Origin: Candidatus Micrarchaeota archaeon
Lineage (GTDB): Archaea > Micrarchaeota > Micrarchaeia > Micrarchaeales > CABMGC01
NCBI GenBank assembly: GCA_023256515.1
Contig: JAGDYD010000017.1
Coordinates: forward strand, 1-38,454
DNA: 38,454 nucleotides
Direction: 5' to 3'
How positions within the stretch are numbered: position 1 is the stretch's first letter; every line of letters begins with the position of its first letter. A model generated the notes under the pieces. That model had not been told where the DNA came from, searched no databases, and saw only the letters and a list, made by a program, of their open reading frames with translations. The position numbers and the translations under genes are program-made. This document shows, in pieces, positions 18,047-28,617 of this stretch.

Positions 18047-19371
18047 TGGAGCCCTCAGACATATTGAAGATCTTAAAGGATGAAGGCTTTGATGAAGCAG
18101 TGGTCTCAACTTCTTCTACTAGGTCTATATACATCAAGATAGCAAATTCAAAAGTTGATTCAATAGTTGAGAAAAAGAATGAGCGCGGAAGGCTCTTTGT
18201 AAGCAAAGAGAAGAAGGTTGCATTCTCGAATATAGAAAGACCAGACAAGCAAAGCATAAAGCTTGCTATACTAAATTTAAAGCAGGCAATAAATATTGCT
18301 GAGCCTAAGCCTGATTATTATGGGATAGCAGAAGGCCCATTTAAATACAGGTCTAATTTTATTTTTGACAAAAAGATATCAGAGATAAGCATAGAGGAAG
18401 CATCTGAAATAGCGAACCAAGCAATAAGCGAGTTTGATGTAGAAAATATTGCAGGAACTTTGCACCTTTCCAGCTATACTTATTCAATAGCTACTACAAA
18501 AAGAGTTGAAGCCTCTACTATGGGCACAGAGGCGAGGCTCTCTCTAAGAATATTCAAAAACGGCTTCTCGATGCAAGATTATATAGCAAGCAGGCAATTA
18601 AAAGAGATAGATGTATCTAAAATAAAAAACAGCATAAGCATGCTGGAATATACTAATGACACTGGCAAGGTAAAAAGTGGAAAATACGACATAATATATA
18701 TGAGAAGCCCAGCAGGCCTGCTCTTTTCTAATGTAAACGATATGGCTTGCATAGACAGTGTAGAAATGGGTAGCTTTTTGTCTAACAAACTTGGTGATAA
18801 AATTGCAAACAGAGATTTAAGCATATATGATGATGGCTCAATAGAAAGTGGAATAGACTCTTCGCCTTTTGATGAAGAGGGCTACCCCACTCAAAGAACC
18901 CCAATAATAAAAAATGGCATATTGAAAAGCTACCTGCACAATTATTCTACAGCAAAGAAATATAATACAAAGAGCACAGGAAATGCTGGATTGGTTAATC
19001 CTAGCCCGAATACAATGGTGCTCTATCATAGAAAAAAGAAGAGTCTTGAAAAACTAATTTCAAGCATAGACAAAGGTATTATAGTTACAAATACTTGGTA
19101 TACAAGATTCAGCAACTATCTTAAGGGCGATTTCTCCACAGTGCCCAGAGACTTGGCAATATATGTAGAAAAAGGTTCGCCTAAATTTGTTATAAAGAAC
19201 CTCGGTTCAAGTTTTGGCATAGGTATAAGGATAAGTGATAATATTTTAAGGATGCTTGAAAAAACAACTTCTGTTGTTAACGATACTACTCAATCAACAT
19301 CTTGGGATTCTGATAGCTATTATTATACTCCAAGCGTACTTGTGGAAGAAGTAAATATTTCAACAGTATAG
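18046..19371 (+). CDS. pmbA: PmbA/TldE-family protein
   Basis: FDEEG, STGNAG, GDFS; lacks HExxxH; translationally coupled to tldD. Confidence 0.85.
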   Translation: MEPSDILKILKDEGFDEAVVSTSSTRSIYIKIANSKVDSIVEKKNERGRLFVSKEKKVAFSNIERPDKQSIKLAILNLKQAINIAEPKPDYYGIAEGPFKYRSNFIFDKKISEISIEEASEIANQAISEFDVENIAGTLHLSSYTYSIATTKRVEASTMGTEARLSLRIFKNGFSMQDYIASRQLKEIDVSKIKNSISMLEYTNDTGKVKSGKYDIIYMRSPAGLLFSNVNDMACIDSVEMGSFLSNKLGDKIANRDLSIYDDGSIESGIDSSPFDEEGYPTQRTPIIKNGILKSYLHNYSTAKKYNTKSTGNAGLVNPSPNTMVLYHRKKKSLEKLISSIDKGIIVTNTWYTRFSNYLKGDFSTVPRDLAIYVEKGSPKFVIKNLGSSFGIGIRISDNILRMLEKTTSVVNDTTQSTSWDSDSYYYTPSVLVEEVNISTV

Positions 19372-19419
19372 TTTTTATATTTATTATAGCCATTTTTACT
19401 GTAAAATCCTGGTGATTTC

Positions 19420-19776
19420 TTGAAAGTTTGGGTAGATAAGACAAAGTGTACAGGATGCGCTCATTGCCATGATGTATGCCCTGTAGCAGTTTTCGAGATG
19501 AAAGACAGGACTGCAAATGATGTAAATAGTGATGTAGCGCCTCCAGAACAGCAATGGAATGGAAAGATAAACCCAGAAGTATATGCAAAGTGGAAGGATG
19601 TGCAAGACGGGCATCGTCATTTTGCAGATAAATATGAAAACGGGAGCGGTGGCTTGTCAGTCGCGGTAAATGGCGAAGCATGCATACTATGCCAAGCATG
19701 CTTGATAGAATGCGAAGGAGAGTGCATAACAATAGTCGACGATACTGGCTCTGAATATCATTCAATATACAAGTAA
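19420..19776 (+). CDS. 2x[4Fe-4S] ferredoxin with large internal insert
   Basis: CxxCxxCxxxCP and CxxCxxCxxxC motifs; TTG start after GGTGA. Confidence 0.85.
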   Translation: MKVWVDKTKCTGCAHCHDVCPVAVFEMKDRTANDVNSDVAPPEQQWNGKINPEVYAKWKDVQDGHRHFADKYENGSGGLSVAVNGEACILCQACLIECEGECITIVDDTGSEYHSIYK

Positions 19777-19791
19777 TAATTTCTTTTATTT

Positions 19792-20496
19792 TTACTGCTT
19801 CTTGTTTTGTATCAAATTCTTGTTCTGAATGTAGCCATTTATAAATATCTCTGAAGATAGTTTAAATCTAGAGACGCTATGCAAGAAAACCCTGCCTTTC
19901 CCTTCAAATTTTGCAAGGAATAAGCCTACACCTCCAAATAGAGCTGTTCTTATATTATCTACAAATCTTATCTTATAGCTTAGCGTAGAATCGAATCCTG
20001 CTATATGCCCAGGCTCTACCTCCAATGCTTTTGTTCCGTCAAGGTCATATTCTATCATATCTCCAACAGTATGTATGAATACAGTACCAGATCCTTCAAA
20101 CTTCTGTAGTATAAGGCCAGCTCCTCCGAAAAACGCAGCACCTATGCTTACTGTTTGCATTGTGAATTTTACAGAATCTTGCGCAGCTAGAAAAGCATAA
20201 TGCTCTGCTATAAAGGCTTCACCATCGTCAATATCTATAGCCTTTATCTTTCCAGGCATAACGCCAGACATAGAAACTACTCCAGGGGAATCTTTTGCAT
20301 AAAACTCTGTAAGCAGAGCTGTTGCACCAGTTATCTTTCTTTCTATTGCGCCAATAACTCCCCCCACAAGCCTTGGGGTCATCACCACATTCTCGCTTTT
20401 ACTCAAAAGTTTGCCAGAATCTCCATATACTTTTTCTCCTTGGTCAAGCCCTATATCTAAAGACTGCATAGAGTTGCCAATTATGCTATATTTCAT
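19792..20496 (-). CDS. AIM24/TIGR00266-family protein
   Basis: FFGGAGLILQKFEG, PGHIAGF, LFGGVGLFLA. Confidence 0.85.
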   Translation of the reverse strand: MKYSIIGNSMQSLDIGLDQGEKVYGDSGKLLSKSENVVMTPRLVGGVIGAIERKITGATALLTEFYAKDSPGVVSMSGVMPGKIKAIDIDDGEAFIAEHYAFLAAQDSVKFTMQTVSIGAAFFGGAGLILQKFEGSGTVFIHTVGDMIEYDLDGTKALEVEPGHIAGFDSTLSYKIRFVDNIRTALFGGVGLFLAKFEGKGRVFLHSVSRFKLSSEIFINGYIQNKNLIQNKKQ

Positions 20497-20500
20497 TTAA

Positions 20501-22357
20501 TCACTTTGTTAAAATATCAATCTCTTTATTCATTTCTTCCCCATCTATGTTGAATCTATATCTTGACATTACTCCTGCAATTATCTTGCCTTTATCATTT
20601 CCATACTTGCTTATCTCTTCTTTTAATATTTTTTCCAATTCGCTTCCAGATATGCGTTGGAGACCTTTTTCTTCTATTATCCTCTCGACTTCTTTGCAAT
20701 CTTTTGGAAGTGCTTTCAATATAGGCTCAAAGGCTTGCTTGGTTATCTTTTTGTCCATATATTTTTTGAATATGCATATTAGTGTGTCGTTTCCTATTGA
20801 ATCTACATCAAATCCTTCTCTCTTGAGCTCTTTCATCTTCTGCAACAGTATGCTTGCAATAAGCTGGTGCTCTCCTTTTATCTTCTCAGAAATATACAAA
20901 TAATCATGAAGCTTCTGTGACCTTATCAATTGTTCAACTATCTGCCTGTTGCCTATCTCTTTATTTAATCTCTTTTCAAGCTCATCTATATTTGGAGCTT
21001 CTTTCTTGAGCTTCTCATATAACTCATGGTCTGCCAATATAGGCCTTTCATCAGTTTCTGGATACATTCTAGAGCTGCCAGGAAGGGGCCTCATAAATTT
21101 TGTTATATTCTTCTTAGCATCTATAGATCTTGTCTCCTTTGGAACCCCTTTTATTGCGTATTCTGCCCTATAAATGGCAAGAGGCATAGCCTTCTCCACC
21201 TTCTCTTTTTCTCCTGCTATGAGCATAAATCCATCGTTGGCCTCTAAGCCAAGCTTAATTGACAATTCTCTAATCTCTTTTTCAGAAATGCCATATCCCT
21301 TGAGGTCTTCATCGCTGTGTATTATGCCGCCTATGCCCACAGCCTTTACATAATCGCTTATCTCGCTTCCAAGCCTCCTGTCTGGGTTTATCTCTTTTCC
21401 AATCAGGCCTTTAAATCCTGAGAGCTTGACAGCAAAAACAACTCCATTGTCTTTTATTGCATTTTTAATAATCCTTGATTCTGTATTCAGAAATATTGAA
21501 GTGGCATCTATAGCCTTACCAACCTCTGCATGCCTCTCTCTGAGCTCTTTGCTTATCTCTATCAGTTTTAATTGCCTCTCTACCTCATTTTCAATTACCT
21601 CATCCATAGAATCCAAGTCTTGGAATCCTTTTATCTCTACTCTGGCCCCATCTTTTATGGAAATGTTAACATCTTGCCTTATTGTCCCTATGCCTCTCTG
21701 CACCTTTCCTGTTAGCCTTATGAGAAGGCCTATCCTCATAGCGACCTCTTTTGCTTCAGATGGGTCTTTTATCTCAGGATCTGTATCTATCTCAACAAGT
21801 GGTATGCCGAGCCTGTTAATATTATATACAACCTTCTCGTTGTTTGATTCTTCTATACCGCTTGATTCCTCCTCTAGGAAGATAGAAGGTATATTTATCT
21901 TCCTTCCATTTATATCCAATGAGCCGCCATAGCCAATGAGCATGGTTCTTTGGAAAGCACTTGGGTCGCTGCCATCTACAACCTCTTTTCTCATTACTTC
22001 TATCTCATCAGGTATGTTGCAATTGAAAGTTGCAGCTATAAGATAAGATATGTTAAGCGCTTCTTCGTTTATCTTGTGAGGGGGCTCCTCATCCAGTTCA
22101 ACAAGGCATGAGCTTATGTCGTATACATTGTATATGAACCTCCTTCCTTTCATGCTTTCAAATCCTGTGGCTTTGTCCAATTCCCCTGTTTCGCCTACTA
22201 CTGCCCTTTGCATCCTCTCTACTTTCATTCCTGTCTTTTTACCTTCATTTATGGCATTGCAGGAGCAGAATAGCTTTTCTGTTGTTAATAATCTTTGGTG
22301 TATCTCTAAGCCGCATTTGAAGCCCAATTTTTCATAATATTCTTTTTCGTGCTTCAT
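20501..22357 (-). CDS. gatE: Glu-tRNA(Gln) amidotransferase subunit E
   Basis: KCGLEIHQ, DEEPPH, RGIGTIRQDVNIS, RPLPGSSRMYPETD. Confidence 0.97.
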   Translation of the reverse strand: MKHEKEYYEKLGFKCGLEIHQRLLTTEKLFCSCNAINEGKKTGMKVERMQRAVVGETGELDKATGFESMKGRRFIYNVYDISSCLVELDEEPPHKINEEALNISYLIAATFNCNIPDEIEVMRKEVVDGSDPSAFQRTMLIGYGGSLDINGRKINIPSIFLEEESSGIEESNNEKVVYNINRLGIPLVEIDTDPEIKDPSEAKEVAMRIGLLIRLTGKVQRGIGTIRQDVNISIKDGARVEIKGFQDLDSMDEVIENEVERQLKLIEISKELRERHAEVGKAIDATSIFLNTESRIIKNAIKDNGVVFAVKLSGFKGLIGKEINPDRRLGSEISDYVKAVGIGGIIHSDEDLKGYGISEKEIRELSIKLGLEANDGFMLIAGEKEKVEKAMPLAIYRAEYAIKGVPKETRSIDAKKNITKFMRPLPGSSRMYPETDERPILADHELYEKLKKEAPNIDELEKRLNKEIGNRQIVEQLIRSQKLHDYLYISEKIKGEHQLIASILLQKMKELKREGFDVDSIGNDTLICIFKKYMDKKITKQAFEPILKALPKDCKEVERIIEEKGLQRISGSELEKILKEEISKYGNDKGKIIAGVMSRYRFNIDGEEMNKEIDILTK

Positions 22358-23679
22358 ATAAACCAGTCTGCTTCAGATCTTTCTGTTATCTCTCCAGCCA
22401 AGTTGACATTCAGCAGTTTTTCAGCTTCTTCCTTTTTGTAATTTCCAAGTAGGAAGCCAAGCTTTACATATGCAACTTCTGGAAGCATGTCTTCACAGTA
22501 TATTGCACCTGCATTGCTCAATAGCCTTAAGTTTCTATATACATTTGGGTTTACCCTACCATATAAGCACTGCGATGTTATTCCTATAATCATTCCAGAG
22601 TCGACAGCATTTTCAACCCTTTTAAGCCACGAGTAATCTGGATTCTGCGTCGATACTGGAGTGTGCCCAAGGCCTGTGCCCTCTATTATTATTCCTTTGT
22701 ATCCTTTAGACAAGTAATAATCGATTATCAATGGATCTGAATTTGGGTAAGCTTTCACAAGAGCCACTTTAGGCTCATAGCCTATAAGCAGCTTAAGCTC
22801 CTTTTTTTCGCTCTCTACCTTTCTGTAATTGCTTGTATACTCTATACTGCCTTCTCTGCTTATCCTTGCAATAGGCTTGTTGTTTATGGGCTTAAAAGCA
22901 TCTCTTCTTGATGTATGCATTTTCCTTGCCTTCGTGCCTCTTATGGCGCTGCAATATGTATCAGAAGAGCTTTCATGCATGCATATAACTACTTCTGCTA
23001 TATCACTTTTAGAGGCCAAGTGTGCAGAGCATATCAAATTCATAAACGCATCGCTAGAGCCTCTGTCGCTACTCCTTTGTGAACCAGTCATTACTACAGG
23101 CGCATTCAATCCATTGAGCATAAAGCTCAATGCAGCAGAAGTGTAGTGCATGGTATCTGTTCCATGCGTTATTACTACTCCTCTATTCTTTTTCAGTGCA
23201 TCCGCAACAGCCTTTGCAATTTTTTGCCATTCAACAAAAGTCATGTCTTCGCTTGCTACACTCATCAAAGGGTTTAAGTCTATATTGGCTATCCCTTCAA
23301 GCTCTGGAACTTCAGCAAGCAATTCTTCTGGCTTTGTAAGCATGAATACTCCACCACTTTTATAATCTATCTTGCTCCCTATTGTGCCCCCAGTATATAT
23401 TAAGCCGATATCTGGCAACTCTTTTTTGTGCTTTATAGAAATTGTTTTTGGGCTCTCAATGCTCTTGCTTTTTATCTTCTCTATTTTTGAACCTTTTTCG
23501 AACTTTATACCTATATTATAACCATTTTCTAGCTTTATTACTAATATGCTGTTGTCTCCAAGCTCAGGCCTTGGCATAAGCGTTCCTTTGAACTCTCCTT
23601 TTTTAGAAATTAGCTTTATCTCATCTCCTGGTTCTATGTTCTGCTTTTTAAGTTCTTTTTCTATCTCTTCAGAATACAT
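22354..23679 (-). CDS. gatD: Glu-tRNA(Gln) amidotransferase subunit D
   Basis: KLENGYNIG, TGGTI, HGTDT, SQRSSDRGSSD. Confidence 0.97.
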   Translation of the reverse strand: MYSEEIEKELKKQNIEPGDEIKLISKKGEFKGTLMPRPELGDNSILVIKLENGYNIGIKFEKGSKIEKIKSKSIESPKTISIKHKKELPDIGLIYTGGTIGSKIDYKSGGVFMLTKPEELLAEVPELEGIANIDLNPLMSVASEDMTFVEWQKIAKAVADALKKNRGVVITHGTDTMHYTSAALSFMLNGLNAPVVMTGSQRSSDRGSSDAFMNLICSAHLASKSDIAEVVICMHESSSDTYCSAIRGTKARKMHTSRRDAFKPINNKPIARISREGSIEYTSNYRKVESEKKELKLLIGYEPKVALVKAYPNSDPLIIDYYLSKGYKGIIIEGTGLGHTPVSTQNPDYSWLKRVENAVDSGMIIGITSQCLYGRVNPNVYRNLRLLSNAGAIYCEDMLPEVAYVKLGFLLGNYKKEEAEKLLNVNLAGEITERSEADWFI

Positions 23680-23727
23680 AAATTAAAATTGGATAAAGAG
23701 ATTTAAATTACTTCTCTCTTGCTATAA

Positions 23728-25005
23728 TTAATTTGCTTTTGCTTCGCCTATTAGGCATGCGGAAGAATTGCCTGTTAGCTCAACCTCTACAAAATCTCCT
23801 AGCTTGACATTTCCAAAAACAGCTATTTGGTTGTATCTCTCATCTCTTCCTGAAAAAGATTTTTCATTTTTTTCTGTTATAAGCACTTTCCTCATTTCTC
23901 CTATGTGCTTTTCCCTCTCTTTAAATTGAAAATCTCTTACAAACCTTGAAAGCCTTATGCTTCTCCTTTTAATTTCTTTATCATCTAGCTGTTTTAGCTT
24001 GCTTGCAGGTGCATGCGGCCTAGCTCCAAATTTAGATATATTTACTACCTCTGGCTTAATCTCGCCAAGCAACTCTATGCTTTTTTCGAAATCTTCTTCG
24101 CTTTCTGTTGGATAGCCAACTATAACATCTGTAGCTATAGTTGCTGAAAGTTTTTTCCTTATTTCATTCACATATGACTTGAATTCATCTACAGTATACC
24201 TTCTTCCCATATCTTTCAATATTTTGTCGCTGCCAGATTGCACAGGCAGATGGAAGAACTTGTAAACTTTTTTGCTTTTATATGCCTCTATAAGTGAGTC
24301 AAAATACCTGTGTAGGTGCTCTGGGTTAAGCATGCCAACCCTTATCATGAATTCCCCATCCAAATCAGATACCTTTTGCAAAAGCTCTGCTATGTTTGTT
24401 TTTCTGTCTAATCCATAGGCTCCTACATCCTGTGAGGTCAATTCAATCTCCTTTGCGCCATTCGATACTGCATTTTCAACAGCCTTCAGTATAAGCTCTT
24501 CAGAGAAGCTGTTTAATGGGCCTCTTGCAAACTTAGTTTCACAAAAAGTGCAATTGCTAAGGCATCCCTCACTTATTGGTATCCTCGCTATGATTGAATC
24601 ATTATCAATTCCATAAGCAAGCTTTTCTGATCTTTTGTACTTGTCATCGATTACATTTCTTCCTATTTTTATGCTTTCTATAACATCAACTATATCTTGT
24701 ACATTGCTAGTTGTTAATATGCTGGCTTCTGGAACCAATTTGACAACTTTCTCTTTATCTGCGCTTACAAGGCAGCCTGCTACAATAAGCTTTTTGCCTA
24801 AGTTTCTCAACTTACTTAGCCTATAAAGTATTTTATTCTCTGTGGGGGTTTTGACTGTGCATGTGTTTATTATTATATAATCAGCATCTTTTAAGTATCT
24901 ACCATACTCTACCTCATATCCATTCTTCTTTAGAAGGTTTCCCATTATTCTGCTGTCCGCCTGATTTAATGTACAGCCGTATGTTTCTATGACAACCTTT
25001 TCCAT
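23728..25005 (-). CDS. mtaB: Radical-SAM tRNA methylthiotransferase (archaeal MtaB/CDKAL1-type)
   Basis: TYGCTLNQAD, NTCTV, CxxxCxxC (CLSNCTFC), C-terminal TRAM domain. Confidence 0.88.
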   Translation of the reverse strand: MEKVVIETYGCTLNQADSRIMGNLLKKNGYEVEYGRYLKDADYIIINTCTVKTPTENKILYRLSKLRNLGKKLIVAGCLVSADKEKVVKLVPEASILTTSNVQDIVDVIESIKIGRNVIDDKYKRSEKLAYGIDNDSIIARIPISEGCLSNCTFCETKFARGPLNSFSEELILKAVENAVSNGAKEIELTSQDVGAYGLDRKTNIAELLQKVSDLDGEFMIRVGMLNPEHLHRYFDSLIEAYKSKKVYKFFHLPVQSGSDKILKDMGRRYTVDEFKSYVNEIRKKLSATIATDVIVGYPTESEEDFEKSIELLGEIKPEVVNISKFGARPHAPASKLKQLDDKEIKRRSIRLSRFVRDFQFKEREKHIGEMRKVLITEKNEKSFSGRDERYNQIAVFGNVKLGDFVEVELTGNSSACLIGEAKAN

Positions 25006-25224
25006 TCTCTATACCTCCTTCTAACCTATTATTTTTAATATTCAGTTATAAATTACTTTTTGTATATCATTTTGTTCAAGGGATTTGCTCTAATCTAAAC
25101 TTTTATAAGAATCTAGCTTGACGTATAGTAATTCCAATACCTTACTTTTCAAGAAATGGGAAAGTTTTTATTGATTTATATTACATAATTATATCCATAA
25201 TTTTGTCAATATGCGAGTGATTAT

Positions 25225-25419
25225 ATGATATGTGAGAGATGTGGAGCCGAGATATATAAATACAGTACCTGCAGGTATTGCAAAAGGAAGATTTGCAATG
25301 ATTGTGTTAAAAGTTCCAAAAGGGTAAGCAAGACTGTAAGGATAGTAATATGCAAAGACTGCTGGACAAATGTAAACAATAGGAAGGCTTTCAAAAGCGC
25401 AAATGCCGAAAACTATTGA
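25225..25419 (+). CDS. Small basic zinc-finger protein (4 x CxxC)
   Basis: CERC, CRYC, CNDC, CKDC; GAGTGA SD. Confidence 0.75.
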   Translation: MICERCGAEIYKYSTCRYCKRKICNDCVKSSKRVSKTVRIVICKDCWTNVNNRKAFKSANAENY

Positions 25420-28400
25420 TTAGCTTTCTTTTCTATTTCTATTATTATTTCTTCTTCCAGTATATCAAATTTCTTCCCTTTTAAATCATGTGATTCTTCT
25501 ATAGATACTGCATTTGCCTCTTTCATTAGCTCTTTATACTTGGCCTTTATTATCTTCTCAAGGTTTCCTGATGTGCTATATTTTATTGCTATTTTATCTA
25601 CTTTCTTAAGCCCTAGCTCTTTCCTCATGATTTGTATTCTTCTTGCTAGCTCTCTATATATAGCCTCTTCAACGAGTTCATTGCTTAGGTTTGGATCAAC
25701 GTAGGCTATTCCATATTCAAATTTTGCAGCATCTGTATTCTGCTCTTTCTCTATTATCACAAAATGTTCTGGCCTTATATTAAATACTCCTTTTTCTGTG
25801 TGCAATTCGTAATAGCCTTTCTTGCCAATCTCTTCTTCTATTGCATTTGCATCGGAGCTTTTCAAAGCTTCTGCAACAACCTGTGAATTTTCCTTAAACT
25901 CTGGCCCTATTTTCTGGAATATAGGCTTAACAATCTTTTCTATGCCGCTTACTTTCTTTATTTCTAGCTTCTTTATATTTGTATAATCTTCTATAATTGG
26001 CGATAGCTTTTCTATGGCTTCTAAGGCATAATCATCTTTGACCTCTATGGTAGCTTTGCTCAGCGGCCACCTTAGCTTAACTTTCGCCTTTTCCCTGCTA
26101 TTAAGTATAGCTGTCATAGCAGATATAGCTATCTCAAACTGCTGCTCTAGCTCTTTATCTACTAGGCTCTTTCTGTATTTAGGCCATTCATCTAGGAATA
26201 TACTCTCTTTGTATGCAAAGTTTTCAAGATAAAGCTTTTCTGCAGTGAAAGGAGCAAAAGGGGATATAAGTATCAATGTATTGTAGAACACATATTTCAT
26301 AGTGTCTATAGTTTCCTCAGCCTCTTTTTTGCTGCCATATATTACCCTTTTCTTTGCCATCTTTAGGTAGAATCTGCTGAAATCATCCAATATAAATTCT
26401 CTTAGTGCAGAGTTGGCCTTCTCTAAATTGTATCCATCTAAAGATTCATTTATGTAACTTATTAGGTTGTTTAGCCTAGAGATTATCCATTTGTTTATCT
26501 CACTTTTCTTTGATACCTTTATCTTTTCGCTTTTGTAGCCTATTGCATCTGAGTATTCATTTATCAAATTCGCTATGTTGTGCAGTATCATCAATGTTTT
26601 CTCTGCTTCTTTAAGCTCTGATTTTTTGAAAGGTATATCTAGCCACTGTGTATGGCTTGAGAACCAAAGCCTATAAGCATCTGCACTTGTTATCTTTATC
26701 AGCTCAGAGATTGGTATATAGTTGCCAAGGTGCTTGTGCATTTCCCTGCCATCTTCAGCAAGAAGCATGCCATCTACGACAACCTCTTTGTAAGGCGCTT
26801 TTTTATAAAGCATTACACTGCTTCTGAGCATGCTTGAGAACCAGCCCCTAAGTTGGTCTACTCCTTCTAATATCAAGTCAGCAGGGAAAAGCCTTTTGAA
26901 TTCCTCTTCACTCAGGCTTGCTTCAAAAGCTATGCTCGAGTCAAACCATACATCAAAAACATCGCTAATTCTGTGCATCTCTGAGCCGCACTTGTCGCAT
27001 TTTAATGTTACTCTATCAATATACGGCCTGTGCAAATCTTCTAAGCTGTTTACATAATCCTTTTCTAATGCTTTTTCCTTTAGCTCTGCCATGGAGCCTA
27101 TTACTTGTATATTTTCGCATTTATCGCATTTCCATATTGGTATTGGTATGCCCCAGAACCTCTGCCTTGATATGCACCAATCTGGAGAGCTTTCAAGAAC
27201 ATTCGCTTGCCATTCTTTTGCTTCTTTTGGATGCCAGTTTACTTTTTTGTTTGCATTAAGCAAGCCTTTCTTTATCTTAGTTATCTTTAGGAACCACTGG
27301 TCTGTTGCTTTGTAAATAAGCTTGCTTCCGCATCTCCAGCAATGTGGGTAACTATGCACTATTGTGCCTTTGCTTAAAAGCAGGCCCTTTTTCTCAACAT
27401 CTTCCATAACTTTTTGGTTTGCTTCATTAGGCACAAGCAAGCCTTCATATTTGCCTGCCTCTTTTGTATATCTAGAATGCTGGTCGACTGGTGAAAATGC
27501 AGGTATTTTGTTTTCTTTACCAAGCTTGTAATCATCTAATCCATGTCCTGGAGCAATATGCACCAATCCGCTTCCTTCGCTCATCGATACCATGGTTTCA
27601 GAGAATATCACTTTATGATATTTCCTGAAGCTTTTCTGTATTGGAACTTCATCTTCAAGAGGGCTTATGTAATATATACCTTCAAGCTCCTTTCCATAAA
27701 ATTCTTCTTCTATTATTGCACTTTCATTTAGATTAGAAACTACAGAATCTAGCCTATTCTTAGCAAATATCAAATCTTTGCCACCTATTTTTGCTTTTAC
27801 ATATTGTTCATTTGGATTTGCAGCTACGGACATATTTGCAGGTAGAGTCCAAGGGGTTGTGGTCCATATTAGCAAATATGTATTCTCATCTATATTTATC
27901 CTGGCTTTTGATCTTTTGGTATCCACCTTAAAAGCAACAAATATTGAAGGATCGCTTTCATCACTATATTCCACTTCTAAAGTGCCTTGAGCCAATACTG
28001 TTTCGCAGCTAGGGCAATAAGTCAAAGGCTTCCCTTCCTTATACAAAAGCCCCTTTTCACTAAGCCTTTTAAGTATATCCCAAGCTTTTTCTATGTAGCT
28101 TCTTCTATAAGGTATGTATGCATTTTCAAAATCTAGAGACACTCCGAACCTTAAGAAGTCTCTATTCATCTTTGGTATAAGTGAATCTACATATTCCCTG
28201 CACGCCTTTACAAAATTCTCTACGTTTATCTTTGATTCAAGCTCCTTCTTTGATTTTATCCCCATTGACTTTTCTACTGCATGCTCTACTGGCAGCCCGT
28301 GCACATCGTAGCCTGCCCTATCATGCACGTCATACCCTCTCATTCTTTTGTATCTTATAAAAATGTCTTTTGCACCCTTTACCCATATCTGCCCAGGATG

Positions 28401-28532
28401 CAATTCGCCACTTACATATGGTGGCCCATCTAAAAAGTAAAATGGCTTGTTTCCCCTATTTTTTGCACGCCATTTTTCAAGTATGCCATGTTCTTGCCAA
28501 TATTTTAATATCTCTTCTTCGTAATTCTCCAT
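25413..28532 (-). CDS. ileS: Isoleucyl-tRNA synthetase (archaeal/eukaryote-type)
   Basis: DGPPY, GYDVHGLPVE, WTTTPWTLPAN, YPHCWRC, DWCISRQRFWG, EGVDQLRGWF. Confidence 0.96.
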   Translation of the reverse strand: MENYEEEILKYWQEHGILEKWRAKNRGNKPFYFLDGPPYVSGELHPGQIWVKGAKDIFIRYKRMRGYDVHDRAGYDVHGLPVEHAVEKSMGIKSKKELESKINVENFVKACREYVDSLIPKMNRDFLRFGVSLDFENAYIPYRRSYIEKAWDILKRLSEKGLLYKEGKPLTYCPSCETVLAQGTLEVEYSDESDPSIFVAFKVDTKRSKARINIDENTYLLIWTTTPWTLPANMSVAANPNEQYVKAKIGGKDLIFAKNRLDSVVSNLNESAIIEEEFYGKELEGIYYISPLEDEVPIQKSFRKYHKVIFSETMVSMSEGSGLVHIAPGHGLDDYKLGKENKIPAFSPVDQHSRYTKEAGKYEGLLVPNEANQKVMEDVEKKGLLLSKGTIVHSYPHCWRCGSKLIYKATDQWFLKITKIKKGLLNANKKVNWHPKEAKEWQANVLESSPDWCISRQRFWGIPIPIWKCDKCENIQVIGSMAELKEKALEKDYVNSLEDLHRPYIDRVTLKCDKCGSEMHRISDVFDVWFDSSIAFEASLSEEEFKRLFPADLILEGVDQLRGWFSSMLRSSVMLYKKAPYKEVVVDGMLLAEDGREMHKHLGNYIPISELIKITSADAYRLWFSSHTQWLDIPFKKSELKEAEKTLMILHNIANLINEYSDAIGYKSEKIKVSKKSEINKWIISRLNNLISYINESLDGYNLEKANSALREFILDDFSRFYLKMAKKRVIYGSKKEAEETIDTMKYVFYNTLILISPFAPFTAEKLYLENFAYKESIFLDEWPKYRKSLVDKELEQQFEIAISAMTAILNSREKAKVKLRWPLSKATIEVKDDYALEAIEKLSPIIEDYTNIKKLEIKKVSGIEKIVKPIFQKIGPEFKENSQVVAEALKSSDANAIEEEIGKKGYYELHTEKGVFNIRPEHFVIIEKEQNTDAAKFEYGIAYVDPNLSNELVEEAIYRELARRIQIMRKELGLKKVDKIAIKYSTSGNLEKIIKAKYKELMKEANAVSIEESHDLKGKKFDILEEEIIIEIEKKANQ

Positions 28533-28617
28533 AGAATCCACTGAAACAAGTGTTTTTACTTTTAGTTCCTAAATATTAAAACTTTCTGTTTAATATATTA
28601 TAAGCTTTTGTGGTTTT

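Noticed and set aside
25006-25224. Possible ncRNA in this intergenic gap (also 37429-37627)
   Set aside because: AT-rich with no convincing stems or C/D boxes; consistent with divergent promoters.
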